DNA of 64,000 nt, taken from Octopus vulgaris (taxonomy: Eukaryota). The position numbers and the translations under genes are program-made. The notes under the pieces were generated by a model. The model had not been told where the DNA came from. It worked only from the letters and a program-made list of their open reading frames with translations, and did not search any database. The stretch is taken from positions 65,348,001-65,412,000 of the forward strand of contig OX597824.1 of assembly GCA_951406725.2 (NCBI GenBank), in the 5' to 3' direction. How positions within the stretch are numbered: the stretch's first letter is position 1; each line of letters begins with the position of its first letter. This document shows positions 1-13,731 of the stretch, piece after piece.

Positions 1-173
1 GTTTTATGTGAAGCAGTGGTGATTCTATCAAGATTTGCACTTAACAATATAAAGAACTGCATTAAGATTTGAATCATCTCCACAACACTACTATACCCAC
101 TGTGCCAGCTCTGCTACTCTAACCTTTTCAGGAAGATAGCACTGAACTCTGTATGCTACAATATATATATGCA

Positions 174-204
<31 letters not shown>

Positions 205-273
205 GCGCGCGCATATACATTCACACATACAAACATAATATAGATATTGTGTGTGCATGTGCATGTATGTATG

Positions 274-305
<32 letters not shown>

Positions 306-668
306 AATGCTATTACATTAATATAAAATTCATTTTTTAAGTATTCTTCTAGTTTATCCATTTCTCTTGCTTGCTCATCTTCATTTATTTCACCTCTTTT
401 ATTTCTACATCAGTTTTCTACTCTCTCTCTCTTCCACACACAAAATACCTTCATCAATTAAAACCCTACGAAATTTTTTTACTAATGTTTATGGAAGCAT
501 TAACTCTGAGACAGAAATATTGACAAACACATGTTCAAGAACTCCTAACATCTGTTGCTGAATGTTGGTTTGTCTTGTTAAACCTGTTATTCAGTTTGGT
601 ATGACTCATACATCTTCCGAGAAGAGTCTCTGCATGTCTGTGTACAAGAATGTGTATATATTTATGTA

Positions 669-708
<40 letters not shown>

Positions 709-3644
709 CATGCATATTAATGTTTGTGCATGATTATACATTCACGTAAGGGTTTGCATGTCTGTCTATTGTTGTGTATGTGTTTGGTGTAGTTACATAT
801 TTGGTTGTGGATTTGTGTATGTGTACAATCAGATGTGCATGCAAATGCAATGTGCCTGCACGTTCTTCATTCTCTTTCACTGTCTCCACTCTTTCTCTTT
901 CTTACCCCTTCTCTTTCTCTCCCTCTTTCTTTTCCATATCTCAAATTACAAACACACACACACACCAGATTTAGTTTTGCTTCTGTTCTGTCCATTTCCT
1001 CCCCACCATCTTTTTACCTCGAAAGAAGATTCCTCTTTGATTGCAACGGCTCGAGGCTAATTATGCATTTCTTGCATTTTCATTCGTTCGTCAATCTAGA
1101 TAATCCATCATTCTTCTTGTGTTCACCTCCTCCTCTTCTTTCTCTTAACTTTTTCGTGGTTTTGTTTTCTTGTGTTGTGTTTTATTTATATATTTCACCT
1201 CTGTCTGTGTGTCGGTGTCCCTACAAATACCTATCTTTCTGCTACACTTCTATCTGAGATCTTTTACAAAACTTTTTGTATATACTTTTTCATTATTTTG
1301 TTTTATTTAAAAAAAGTATTGTTAATTTTTTTTTATTAATATTTTTGTTTTTTGACATCATATTTTTCTGCATTGAGTGAGAAGTTCTCGCTAAGGATTT
1401 TTCAAGATTTTTTGTATATATTCATATAGTGCACATCTATGCTTCTGTATTTGCATAGTGTGTTTGTGTGTAAATGCATGTTCATGCACTTGTATGAACG
1501 TGTGTGTGTGTGGTATGCATACATATATGTATAAGCATTTGTATATATCTATATTGTATGTGTTTGTATATATGCATATGTGTGTTTGTATATATGTTAA
1601 TGTATGTGTTTTTATATCTGTACATTATATATATACATATATATATAGCAGATTCTCCTATCATATTTGATGTATGAGAGTCTAACAGTCGATATAAGTC
1701 CTTGGGCATATATATATATATATATATATAATCATTCAGCCACGGTAGTGGTTGAATATATTAAGTCCACCATTTAGTCAGTCACAGCAGCTTCCAAGCT
1801 TTACCACTAATTCAGTTCTTGACTAAACTGCAAACTGTTAACAGTTTTAAAGAAGACACCTTCTCAGCTACACTTTGGCATAAATAGTTTGAGATTTGGT
1901 TCAGTTGAAAAAATTACATCAAAATATCTGCGACCTCAAGGGGTCAGTAAGGCACCTATTCACCTTCAATTAACATAAACTTTTTAATTTTAAAATAAAG
2001 GTATACTTTTCTTAGGCTTAAATGATAGAAAAATGTGTGAGGAATTCAGAGTTGTTAGTCATATTGAACAAAAATTAGTAGAAGAAAAGTTATGGGGTGA
2101 AATGCCACGAAATTTCATATCAGCAAGTAAGAGAGTAAGGAAGTAACGCTTAGCAATAAGAATAAAGAATATATTACTAAAATGGATGCTTACATTCTAA
2201 GGTAGCGTGCTGGCAGAAGCGTTAACGTGCCGAGTGAAATACTTAGCCGTATATTTCACCTATGTTTACATTTTGAGTTCAGATTCCGCTGAGCTTGACT
2301 TTGCTTTTTATCCATTTTGGATCTATTCAATTTGACATAGATTATTTAATTAATTTTTAAAACTAAACACTTTGAAACTTCCGATATTGGTACAATGTGT
2401 CACATACAACAGGGTTTACTTTGTTGGCAAAATTTTGTATTTTAGAAGTTATTTCGTCACAAGTACCAGAGTTTGATAAGTACCAATTCACGAAACTCTC
2501 AGCTTTTGACTTACTCTCTAACTTCTGCCCATGATATATATGCATATTATACATAAATGTTTAAAAAAATCTCATCATGTAATCAAACCAATGAAAGAGC
2601 CTCTACCTGGTCGCTTGACACGCTAAAAAAAGCAGCCAATGTATCCCCCTACCCAGTATTTTATAAGGTAAAATCTTAAATTATTAATCGATACATTATT
2701 AATTATCTTATAACAGCAATGCCAGGGAGAACCATGGATTACATGGAAAAATGCGAGCATTAAAAGTCATATTCTTAAGATTATAAACTTGGAAAAGTAC
2801 AGGACAAGTTATTATACCTGTAAAAGCATAGGACAAACTATTACTTCAAGTAAAGAATAAGAAACTTCTTACTTAGAATATTGCGGCTAAAATTAAAATT
2901 TGAATATTGAGCACTGTATACAATAATTTCATTATTATTTTTATTAAAAAATATTTTATTATAGTTTACAAATAACACTATGCTTGTTTAAGTAGAATTT
3001 GGCTAATTTACTACCTTAAATACATAAAAACAGTGACTAATTAGACAAACTTACAAATTAGCTGAACAGTTTTGTAAAATAAATTTAAAAGCCACCCTAC
3101 TCACCAAGCAAGCTTGATGGTGTTACTGGTTTCGTCATTGTTGGCCTGACCATGCAACAGGTTATACTGGATCACATGTTACCAGTAGCATTTAAGAGTG
3201 ACCCTTTACACACAGACACACACATGCACACATATGTCAGGTTGCTCTTGAGTACTACTGATAACATACATGCATGACGGCTGTCAGCTCAGGGATGAGT
3301 ATGACCATCACTGACAAATTACTACATTTTCAGTGAACCCACCTGGCATATATTATACATTTAATAGAATTTGCTTCAACACCCTCCCTGCCCTCTGCAT
3401 ATGGTCACTTCCCTGTTCTTTCCACTTCACCACATACTTTACCACTTCCTATTACTTTAGTTTTTTTTACTTCATATCTTTTGTCTCTATACAGTCCTTC
3501 CACTTATTCATTTTCTCTTTCAATCCATCCATTCTCTCTCTGCCAATGTGGTGAACTAGCAGATTCATTAGAACACTGATCAAATTGCTTAGTGGTATTT
3601 CTTCTGGCTTTAAGTTCTGAGTTCAAATTTGCCTTTCATCCTTT

Positions 3645-4913
3645 CAGCTATACTTCATGGTAGTGAGACATGAGCTCCGAATGTAGAAGATATGCATAGA
3701 CTGGAGAGAAATGAAGTTCTGCTGGATGTGCAACATCAGTGCACATGTATGACAAAGTGCAAATGTATTGAGAGAAAAGTTGGGCATAAAAGGAGTCAAA
3801 TGTAGCATGCAAGAAAGAAAACTACGTTGGTTTGGACATGTGATATATATGAATGAGGACAGCTGCATAAAGAAGTGTTGATCACTGAAAGTAGATGGTA
3901 CCTGTGAAAGAAGGAGACCCAGAAAGATGTGAGATGAAGTGGTAAGGACTGATCTTAGGATTTTGGGCCTCACTAAGGAAATGACAATGGCCTGAGATGT
4001 CTGGTGATATGAAGTTCGTGAGAAGACCTGCCCATGTCAGTGAAACTGAGTTCTAGAAGTGGTGTGTCCCCCGCCCACACTTAACAAGAAAATTTCTCAC
4101 ACGTTCTACCACAACAAACCAATTTACATCTTTTCTCTTCCTCACATATCCACTTCATGCACTAGGTTTACCTTCCACTCCCCAATCCTGTCCTCTTGGC
4201 CCTGTGCTACTGTATCATTGCTATCTGCTAACTTCTCACCTGTGTGTTCCACCCACATCATGTCTCACTGTATCATTGCATATACCCAGCACTTTGCCAC
4301 CATCTCTATCCTGCTGTCTCTTTCTCTCTCTCTCTTCTTCTGCTGCACTTCCCTGAGTTTGGGTAACCATGTATTTCCTTTGCAGCAGCACACCTGTTTC
4401 TGTCTTCATTCCTGATCTCCACCTCTCTCTCTCTATCTCTGTCCTCTCCCTCGCTGGGTAACATTGTACCTCCTCTATAGCAAGACACCTGTTTCTGTCT
4501 CTCTGCCTCACTATAACCTTTCATCATCCGACATAGGATCACCTCGTCCAATGCTCCCTTCCTTCTCAAAAGAGTTTTTTTTTTGTCTTGCAAGTACTTG
4601 GTGACCCTGTCAGTGCAGGTGCCACTTAAAAGCACCCAGTCCACACTGTAAAGTGGTTGGTGTTTGGAAGGGCATCCAGCTGTAAAAACCTTGCCAAAAC
4701 TGACCTCACCTGTGCTTGTGCCACACAAAAAAGCACTAAGTTCACTCTGCTGAGTGGTTGGTGCTAGGAAGGGCATCCAGCTGTAAAAACCCTGCCAAAA
4801 CAGTTACAGAAGTCTGGTGCAGGCTTCTGCCTGGCCGACTCTTGTCAAACTGTCTTCTCCATGACAGCATGGAAAGCAGACATTGATTATGATGATGATG
4901 ATGATGATGTTGA
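3645..4913 (+). mobile_element. RTE-clade LINE, 5'-truncated 3' portion
   Basis: Decayed RT C-terminus (LHGSET.., RKLRWFGHV.., RRRPRK) followed by a long 3' UTR, ...ggaagggcatccagctgtaaaaac... and a (GAT)n tail. The UTR is shared with 33165-34033. Confidence 0.85.
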
Positions 4914-6093
4914 TATATATATAATCTTCAGAAATGTTATTTTTTTCTGTAACAAGTTAATTTTATCTTTGTCCTACCATCAAGTTTGTTCTCAAATGTC
5001 TGTTACAATGAGTTGAATCTGTTTTTCTCTCCTTACATCTATTTGCTATCATGGTTATATTTTCATATTGAAAATTTTTTTGAAAGGGAAGGGCTTTATT
5101 TATTTTGTATCTCTTCAATAAGACTTTGGTTGCACTAAAATTTCTTTGCTCAGCTTCTATCGACAACCCCACTGGAATTCTTTCTAAACATTTACAGTTA
5201 TATGTATATGTGCTTGTATAAACATGTTTTGTTTCCTATCTTCAGGTTTATTTATATCTAATAGCTGAACGTGCTGCCTGAATAGTAAAAATGCTGCTTC
5301 ACTGATCCCGAGGCAGATTCTACTACTTACTTTATATTGTTGTTATTTAACTCCAAGTCAGCCTTGATTGAGTAGATATACAATCAGTTGCTTTCCAGCT
5401 GTGACCATCATGTCTTGATTCACACATACAGTAAGCTTCTGTGCAGTTTGTATCTACCGAATCCCACTCACAAAGTAATGATCAACATGATACTAAACTA
5501 GGAGGCACTTACCAATGATGTAGCACAGTAGCATCTTAACCATATGTTTATTCTTAACCACATGTCCATACTCAAGCTTTTGTGTCTATATGTGGTGAGA
5601 TATTCACTAAAAGTTCTTATAGAAGAAAGTTACAGTAGTGGAGTAAGATACAGTGGATGTAGGACAATCCATGTTTGCAAATGAAATGATCCAAAATATG
5701 GACAGCTGGAGAAATACTATTTTGCAAAATTATTCAGTCCTCACCTATATTTATTACCAAATATTAAAGCTGTCATGGAAGCTTATAGTAGGTCATTTGT
5801 CTTCCTAGAAATAGCAGACAAATTTGCTTCAAACCAAACTCTACTTTTTTCAAAAAATGCAATAATGTAGTATTGGCTACATTATATCGGGAAAAAGATT
5901 GGATGGTCACAGCAGGAATACCTTCAAGCATAAATCTGATTCATCAAGGGCTGACCTAAGGCCACACAATGACAAGAACGATAAATTTATAGGCAAAGGG
6001 AGAAGTGTAATTCATTGGAATAACCCTCAATATATATATCTAGTATTGACTCTCAGAAGGAAGAAAGACAAAGTCAATCCTGGCTGACTTTAA

Positions 6094-6292
6094 CCCTTTA
6101 GCATTTGAACAAGCCACATCTGGCCCAAATATTTTACCTTTTTTATGTTCAAACCAGCCAAATCTGGCCTCACACACTTCTCCTACAGTGTCGTCCTAAA
6201 ACTAAATAATTACATCATTAATTCATAATTGATTCGAAACAATGTGAATAAATACGTAGTACATTTGATACAGTAATGTGAGTTCTAAAGGG
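6094..6292. mobile_element. piggyBac-type MITE family A
   Basis: TTAA|ccctttagc...ctaaaggg|TTAA (TSDs 6090-6093 and 6293-6296). Confidence 0.85.
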
Positions 6293-7489
6293 TTAAATGA
6301 AAGAAAAATAAACAAATAAAACAAATATAGTACTATGGAAACTAGAGGTAAAAGCATTTAAGTTGCTTCTGTACCATATCTGCCACAACTCCACTATATG
6401 GTGTGGAGTTATAATAATAGAAGTAATTGAACTATAATAAATCCTTCCTCTGAGTCAGTGACTCATATCAAAATGACATGCTGAGGCCACTGTTGGTGTT
6501 CAACTGATGTGTTTATCAAGACAACATGCAGGATTTGTTTTGCATGTTGACACTGTATTTACTTAAGTGCATCTAAATTTGGTATTATATGTTAATATGT
6601 TTGTTCAGTATATATGGTTTTGAAATATATTTGCTGACGAGAAATACATACAACACACATGCATGCACATGTGCACATACACACACATTAAGTTTTTTCT
6701 TATGATTACTTTCTAAGAATAACTCACAAACAAGCCTTGGCTGATCTCCTTTCCCTCCATACACAGGCACATCACACTCACACATTAACACAGAATGCAC
6801 ACAAAGGTATATGTTTTTAGATGGTTGTGTATATTTGTGTTGTGAATGTGTAATTAAAACTCAAACACGCATGTTTAACAAAACATACTCAAAAGCAAAC
6901 ATGGGTGTTTATTGAGAATATTTATTGAACACAAATAAACACACACTTGCAAATTTATTTGTATAACACACTTTGCTGTGTATTATTGATATTGTTTATC
7001 ATAAGAGAATGTAGAAGAAAATTTTCAACATTGTCTTACACTTCTACACAAATACATATGTAACATACATAATTGTGGCTACTGGATGCAAGCATGGTCA
7101 AATGTTTAAGAAGTTCATTGAGGTTCAAGTATGGTTGTGCTGTTAAGAGTTGTTCTTCTCAACCACATAGTGTCACTGTGTGGCACATCAAGAAAAGGTC
7201 TTCTACTATATAACCTGAGGCTGTCCAAAGACTTATGAATGGATTTGGTATGTGGAAACTGAAGCCATCGCACAGGAGTGTGTGTACATGTGTGTGTGTA
7301 TATGTTTGCGTTTCCTTGTCTTAACATCCATATGATAGTTGTAAATGAGCATCACCATACAAGTAGTCTTGTTATACACACAAAACACACATACACACAA
7401 AATAGATAAATTATATATATACATATATACAAATATTTGCACACATTTATATTATATATATGATACATATGATATACATATATATGTAA

Positions 7490-7640
7490 GTACAGATGAA
7501 AACAGTTTGATTCAAATACCATGGTACTTAAAGTTTCAAAGCATAAGAAAATGCTTATCCTCAACCACTGGAAATTTGATACAAATTTCCAATGGTTGAG
7601 GATAAGCACAGAATTTGAATCAAGCTGTTTTAATCCATAC
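7490..7640. repeat. Foldback/MITE-like element with an internal near-perfect palindrome
   Basis: Outer IR gatgaaaacagtttgattcaaat / atttgaatcaagctgttttaatc (21/23); inner hairpin 7552-7608. Confidence 0.75.
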
Positions 7641-8007
7641 CTGTGCTAATGGAGTAAAATAATAGGTTATTTATAGAGCTTTTAGCATCTATTTCAAGCA
7701 TGTTGGTGTGTCTATGCACACCCTTCTGCTATAATTATATCTATATAATTATATATCAGTATAAATATTTTCCTAAATGGAGTTAACATGCTAGCCACTT
7801 GATGGAGTCATTAAATGGTTTTATCCTTCATTAATTAATTAATCTAATATTTACTACAGTATTTATTTTGATTGAAAAAGCATCTGGTTTGTGGTAAAGA
7901 AATTAGATTTGGAAAAGTCTATACATGTGGATATCTGTATAAATTTGTGTGGATACAAGTTTGTTCATATGGTATGTTTAGATATCTACATATATATTCT
8001 TTGGCAT

Positions 8008-8072
8008 CCTATACTGATGACAGCACAGGGAATTTACTTCCCTTAGCCTGAAATCAATCAGCAATCTATAGG
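8008..8072 (+). ncRNA. Type I hammerhead ribozyme-like motif (partly decayed)
   Basis: Stem I cctata/tatagg; core CTGATGA 8014-8020; stem II with inner agggaa/ttccct; GAAA 8050-8053; weak stem III; ATC cleavage triplet ending 8066. Confidence 0.6.
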
Positions 8073-8934
8073 CAACCTTTCTTTTGATATCTGATTGATT
8101 CACTAGCTCGCTTTCAACCTCTGCTAACCGAGTAAAATAATAGGTGGTTTATAGAGTTTTTAGCATCTATTTCAAGCATGTTGGTGTGCTACACTCACCT
8201 TGGTGCTGTAATTATATTTATATACTATTTGTATATATATATATATATATATATACATACATACAGGCTGCCCCCTCGTTATCAAGTATGGCCACTGCAC
8301 GCAGCTTAATCAATGTTGTTATTGTGCAATGCCTGTGCAAGAAGATGTTTTTTTGAAGTGAGGAAAGGCTGTGCACTGAGTCAATCCCACTCACTAAGCA
8401 ACAGCAGCCATAATCCGAAAAGAAGAACACGTCAACATCATCGGTAACCACTGAGCCGCAGGTTTTATGTCGGAGTTATCCCAGTTACCTGAGTTACCTT
8501 CTCTTATCTATCTATCTATCTATCTATCTATATATCTATCTATATATATATAATTTTCTCTCTTTATTTTCTCTTGTTTCTTATTGTGTTCCTTTCTGTG
8601 GAAGAGCATAGGCTTGAAACATTAAAGACATTTTCACTTCTTGAGCGTTAAACTAATACATCTGTTTGTTGTCTACACTACCTTCGTCTTTTGTTTTTTT
8701 TGGAATTCTCCCCCTATATGTATATTTATGTATATGTAAGGCAAATAAGACAAGGTAGAAAATGCTAAAATGATTTTATCATGAAGAACATTTTAGTACC
8801 AGTTTCAGTCTTTGCAACTTTTTTAACTTAGAGTAAAGCATGAAAAACAATAAAATTGTGGAAAAATTAAATGAAATAGTTTTCAAATGCAAGGGACATT
8901 TTCCTTTTTTCTGTTTGTCTCTCTTTTTTATTCT

Positions 8935-9862
8935 TGTGAAGGCTTTTTGCTGCTTTCAATTTTTTTGTTTATCGATTTGAAATTTTTGTATGCCGTCCAT
9001 TAAGAATTTTGCTCTCCCTGGGGATTTTGTCCTTGTGGCCTTTCTCTCCGGGACACATTTGTAGCATATGGTTTGCGCTACAGACATGAATTGTTGAAGT
9101 TTCATGTCAGTGTCTGGCAAGGAGAGATATTTAGGCCAGTTTTGTTTGAGGATTTTTCTCAATTTGTTTCCACTTTGCCTTATGGAAGTTCAAACTAGAA
9201 AGATTTTGAGAGTTTCTTGTAGGCTGCATATCCATAGTTTCCTTTGGTCCATATATGGTCATTTCTACCATGTTGTGATCCAAGAGTAGTGTTGGAGTTA
9301 CTTTCACATTATGGATGAAATCCATATTATTTGTGAAGCAGAGATCCAGTATATTACCTGCCCTGGTTGCTTGGAGTTTGTTCCATATACAAAGTGTTGA
9401 TGAAGTTCAAGAGGGAATTCAGCTGTCCTTGTTTGCAACGTACCATTCCTGGGAGAGAAGGGCCTTCAGGCCATCCAACATTACAGATTGTTCTAATGTA
9501 ACACTTATGTGTTGTTCTAATGTAACTAGAACTTCTATTTTTGTAAGGCAGTTTTCAAACTTGTCCGTGTGATTTGGAGCATCTGGAGGGCGATATGTAG
9601 TACATATAACTACATCGAGTTGTTTTATATGTACAATTAGGGTGTCACATACTGAATTTGAGTGTGACAAAAGGACCTGGGGTGTGAGGTCTTCGCAGAT
9701 GTACATAGCAACTCCACTGCGACTCCTTTCTTTTCTGTTGGTCCGTAATACAACATATTGTGGTATGTCTATTTCTACATTTGCTATATCTGGTTTTAGG
9801 TGCATTTCTGTAAGTGTTATGCATAAGGCTTGATTACATGCAACAAGGTTTCCCATATGCAT
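8935..9862 (-). mobile_element. LINE ORF2 apurinic endonuclease fragment (frameshifted)
   Basis: LCITLTEMHL...YVVLRTNRKERSRSGVAMYI...ICTTYRPPD, then N(I)LDLCFTN and LLDHNMV, are APE motifs of non-LTR retrotransposons. Confidence 0.8.
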
Positions 9863-9894
9863 ATATCATCATCATCATCATCATAATCATTGTT

Positions 9895-10110
9895 TAATAT
9901 ATATATATGTATATACATATGTACATATGTGTGTGTGTGTGTGTGTATGTATATATGTGTATATATACTATATACATGTGTGTGTATATATATATATCAT
10001 ATATATATATATATACACATGCATATATATATATATGCATGTATATATATATATATATCATATATATATATATATATATAGGTATGTATATGTGTATATA
10101 ATTATGTATG

Positions 10111-10153
<43 letters not shown>

Positions 10154-10195
10154 GTATATATGTACATACATGCATACATATATAAATATATATAT
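9895..10195. repeat. Compound (TA)n/(TG)n/(CA)n microsatellite (one of dozens in the window)
   Basis: Direct reading. Similar tracts at ~160-305, 13670-13726, 14400-14498, 45070-45240, 52440-52537 and 58130-58220. Confidence 0.95.
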
Positions 10196-11002
10196 TCAAA
10201 TATAGCAATATGTCATCATTTACACACATGCAAACATGGACATATTCACATCATATATCATTATATCATATAAAGAAGAAAAAAATCTCTCAGTTATATA
10301 CTAAAAAAAAAGCATACAATTTTCTTTCTACACATATGCTCATAGGTAAACACTTGTGTCCATTTGAATGTTGACATTTGCCATGACTTTTGAAAGTTTG
10401 AGCTAAATTAGAGAGTGAATAGACAGAGAATACACAGCTTGACATTAAGAGTAATTTGTATACATTTAGCTTGCATAGGTGGTGAGGTGTGGCAATAGAG
10501 GTGATTGGCTATACTAGGTGGCAATGACTAAATTGACACTTATGGCATTGTGTATGTGGATGCTCATGTTCATTCCATATGTTTATGCTTATGTTTTTTC
10601 ATGGCTGTGTCTTTGTATATATCAGCACACCTCATACACATACTGACACAATCTTTTGTGTTTATAGTGTGCATTGAAGCATATCAAACTACTAAAAGAG
10701 CTGAAAGTATCCTATGTTATTTTTTTAATAAAGGATAAATCTAGTTAAATTGTTATCTACATTGTAATAGCTATGATGTAGACCCTATATTCGTTGTTAT
10801 TGTGCTGAACCCAAAGGTCATGAGTTCAAAAAATAAGGCTTTATTTACTTTAGTTGACTCTCCCTGAAATGGATACTACTATCAACTGATATATAATTGT
10901 TTTATGTTTGAAAGTATATCCACTTCTAAAACCACTAATACACTAATAAATGAATGAACATTGGTGTTTTTTTAATTAATTAAACTACAATAGGTAATCA
11001 TA

Positions 11003-11164
11003 GATGCAGGCATGGCTATGTAGTAAGAAGTTTGCTTTCTGAACACATAGTTCTGAGTTCAATTCCCACTGCGTGACACCTTGTGTAAGTGTCTTCTTAT
11101 GATATTCCAGGCTGAACAAAGACTTGTGAGTGGATTTGATAGATGAAAATTGAAAGAGACTCCT

Positions 11165-11209
<45 letters not shown>

Positions 11210-11435
11210 ATGCACATGTGCGTGTTTGTCCCTCAAGCACCATTTGACAAATGGTGTTGGTTTGTTTGCATCCCTGTAACATGACGGTTCAGCAAAAGGA
11301 CACTAAAGTACCAGGTTCAGAAAAATAAACAAGAAAGAAATATGGGGTTCATTTGTTTGATTAAAACCCTTCAAGGCAGAGCCCCAGCATGACTGCACTC
11401 CAATGACTAAAATAAGTAAAAGAAAAAAGATAAAA
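11003..11435 (+). mobile_element. SINE family A (older copy)
   Basis: Same head, CORE-like region, (TG)n and tail. Further fragments at ~5430-5575(-), ~7080-7370, ~19225-19350, ~30160-30280, ~37000-37180(-), ~42230-42370, ~42900-43260 and ~58260-58400. Confidence 0.8.
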
Positions 11436-13665
11436 GATTAATCAAGAGACTTGATAATTCATTAGAAATTTGTACATTTTTAACTATTGATATTAGTAAG
11501 ATTGAAAAATATGGGTTGTCAGATATGCTCGTTTGTTTTGTTTTCATTTTAATTTCAATTCCTATCAATGTTATTTGAATTAGCATGAAAAATATTTTTA
11601 TTCTGGTGTTTTATGTTTTTTTAGTAGCAATATTCTTTCTCTACAACTTTTGTATGTTGTTTTTGAAATTTGAATAAATTTTACCTCTTTTTTGACATAT
11701 GACAATGGAACAACCAAAGAGTAAAAAATAAAACAAAAGTAAAAATGAATTTATCTGATAATTAAATACAAAACTGCTAATTAGAATATAGCTGTGTTTT
11801 CCTACCTGTGTGTTAAGATACTTCAGTGTGTTGGCAAATTATACAGATGTAATGCATAATTGGGCAAGTCAGAATATTTTATCACTGATTTTTCGCAGTT
11901 GAAGATTAAAATTAAATATTGATTACCTATTTTGACTGTAAATACATACATACTCTTTCATATGAATCGGAATATGTTCTATTTAACAGTTATATAATGT
12001 TTGATTTTAAATAATTATGTATTTATAAAAAGTGTTGTCTGTATTGAAACAAAAATGTGCGAGTAGAATAAGGTAGCTAAGGGATGGTATATAATCTTGT
12101 CTAGTAATTAATATCTTATGGAGAGGGTTATTCATTTCTTATCTATTTCATACTACTGAATCTTATGGAGAGTTCTGATCTTTTGAGAGCCCTGTGATCT
12201 ATGTAAATATTTTTTCTGAAGATGAAATGATTGTGTGGATATGGTAATGTACTATTTGCTCATGGTTCTTGAGTTCAAATCACCTGTACCAGATTTTCTG
12301 GAAATGTTACCTGAAGTATAATGTTTCTGTATCCAAAGACAGATTCAATTCTTAGCATAATGGAACTAAAGGTGAGTATTGTCTTTTGAAAAGGTAGTTA
12401 GGAAAGGTTTTTTTACTTCCTAGTCTGGCTTTTCAACTGTTGGTTTATTTCTCCAACTTTGAGACAGCCTCTGGTTCTGTGATACAAACTTCCCATTTCA
12501 AAATGATTTAAATTAAAATCTTCCATCAAAATTTCATATTCATGTTCCAAACTTCAGTTCAATAATGATTAAGTTGATTCACTAAATTCTGCATTATTTA
12601 TAAAATTAATTGAAGCAAAGGCAGTTTACTTCAACAGAAATATATAACAAAAGAGTTAAACCATTTATAGTTTATCTATATATATTTAACCAAATGATAA
12701 GATAAAAATAAACTTAATTCAAATAAAAACTTGCTATTTCTAGTCTACAAACCATGTATGTAGATGAACATTTTGGTTGCTGTATTTAACATATCAAATA
12801 TCTCTGCTATCTAGAATTGATTCTTTAACAGTTATAACCATTATTTTTATCTACATTTAAAGATCATTTTGTAAAATGAAAGTATCTAGTTAATTGAGTC
12901 CAGCCAGCATGAGAACTTCTATGCATTACTCAACCTATTAGAAATAGCAAGCAAGTCTCTGACAAATAACCCCACATTATCTTAAAAAGTATGACCACCA
13001 ATGTACTGTACCTGAAGAGAAATGGAATGGTCGTTATTGAAATGCCTTTGACCAAAGGTATGCTCAGTCAGGGCTGTTGTAGTGGCCCATAACCTACGAT
13101 AAATTACATATGTATTTTAATTGTGCATGAAATGCATGTGCACATGCACACACATATTCCTGCACTCACAAATGCATATTCTCACTTAGCCAATTTATAG
13201 GCATTGTATTTTAGTTCTTCCAAAGAACTTCACCAAAGTTTATCAGCTTCTAAAGATCAAAGACCACCTGTCAAGTACTAATTGGAATGTCACTTTGAAA
13301 GTCTGGAGTTTATTAACAAGTAAACCAAAGTAAAACAGCATAAATAACATAGTTTATCTTGCTTCTCTGGTACTGTTCAAGTCAGGTAGAAGTAGGCTAT
13401 TGCTACAGTTCTTTTAGCAGTGGGCACATGTAGGGGATATGATGAAGGTTGTTTTGTATTTCTAGTAAGAGCATTGATGAAATTGGTAGGAAAGGATGTG
13501 GATTGCTTCCTTGTTATAAATTGAATCCTGTTTCAGCTCACTCCAATCACATTATACTGCTGTTTCCTTTACATGCTTCTTTGAAGATAGTTTATTCCAG
13601 GTTTTTCTATGATTGTTGTGGTTGTTAATACTATTGATGTCTGTTATCCTGTATGAGTTTACCAT

Positions 13666-13731
<66 letters not shown>

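Noticed and set aside
367-1709. Hydrophobic or Cys/Val/Tyr/Ile/His/Thr-rich ORFs here and throughout the window
   Set aside because: Translations of (TG)n/(TA)n/(CT)n microsatellites and pyrimidine tracts with no domain signal.
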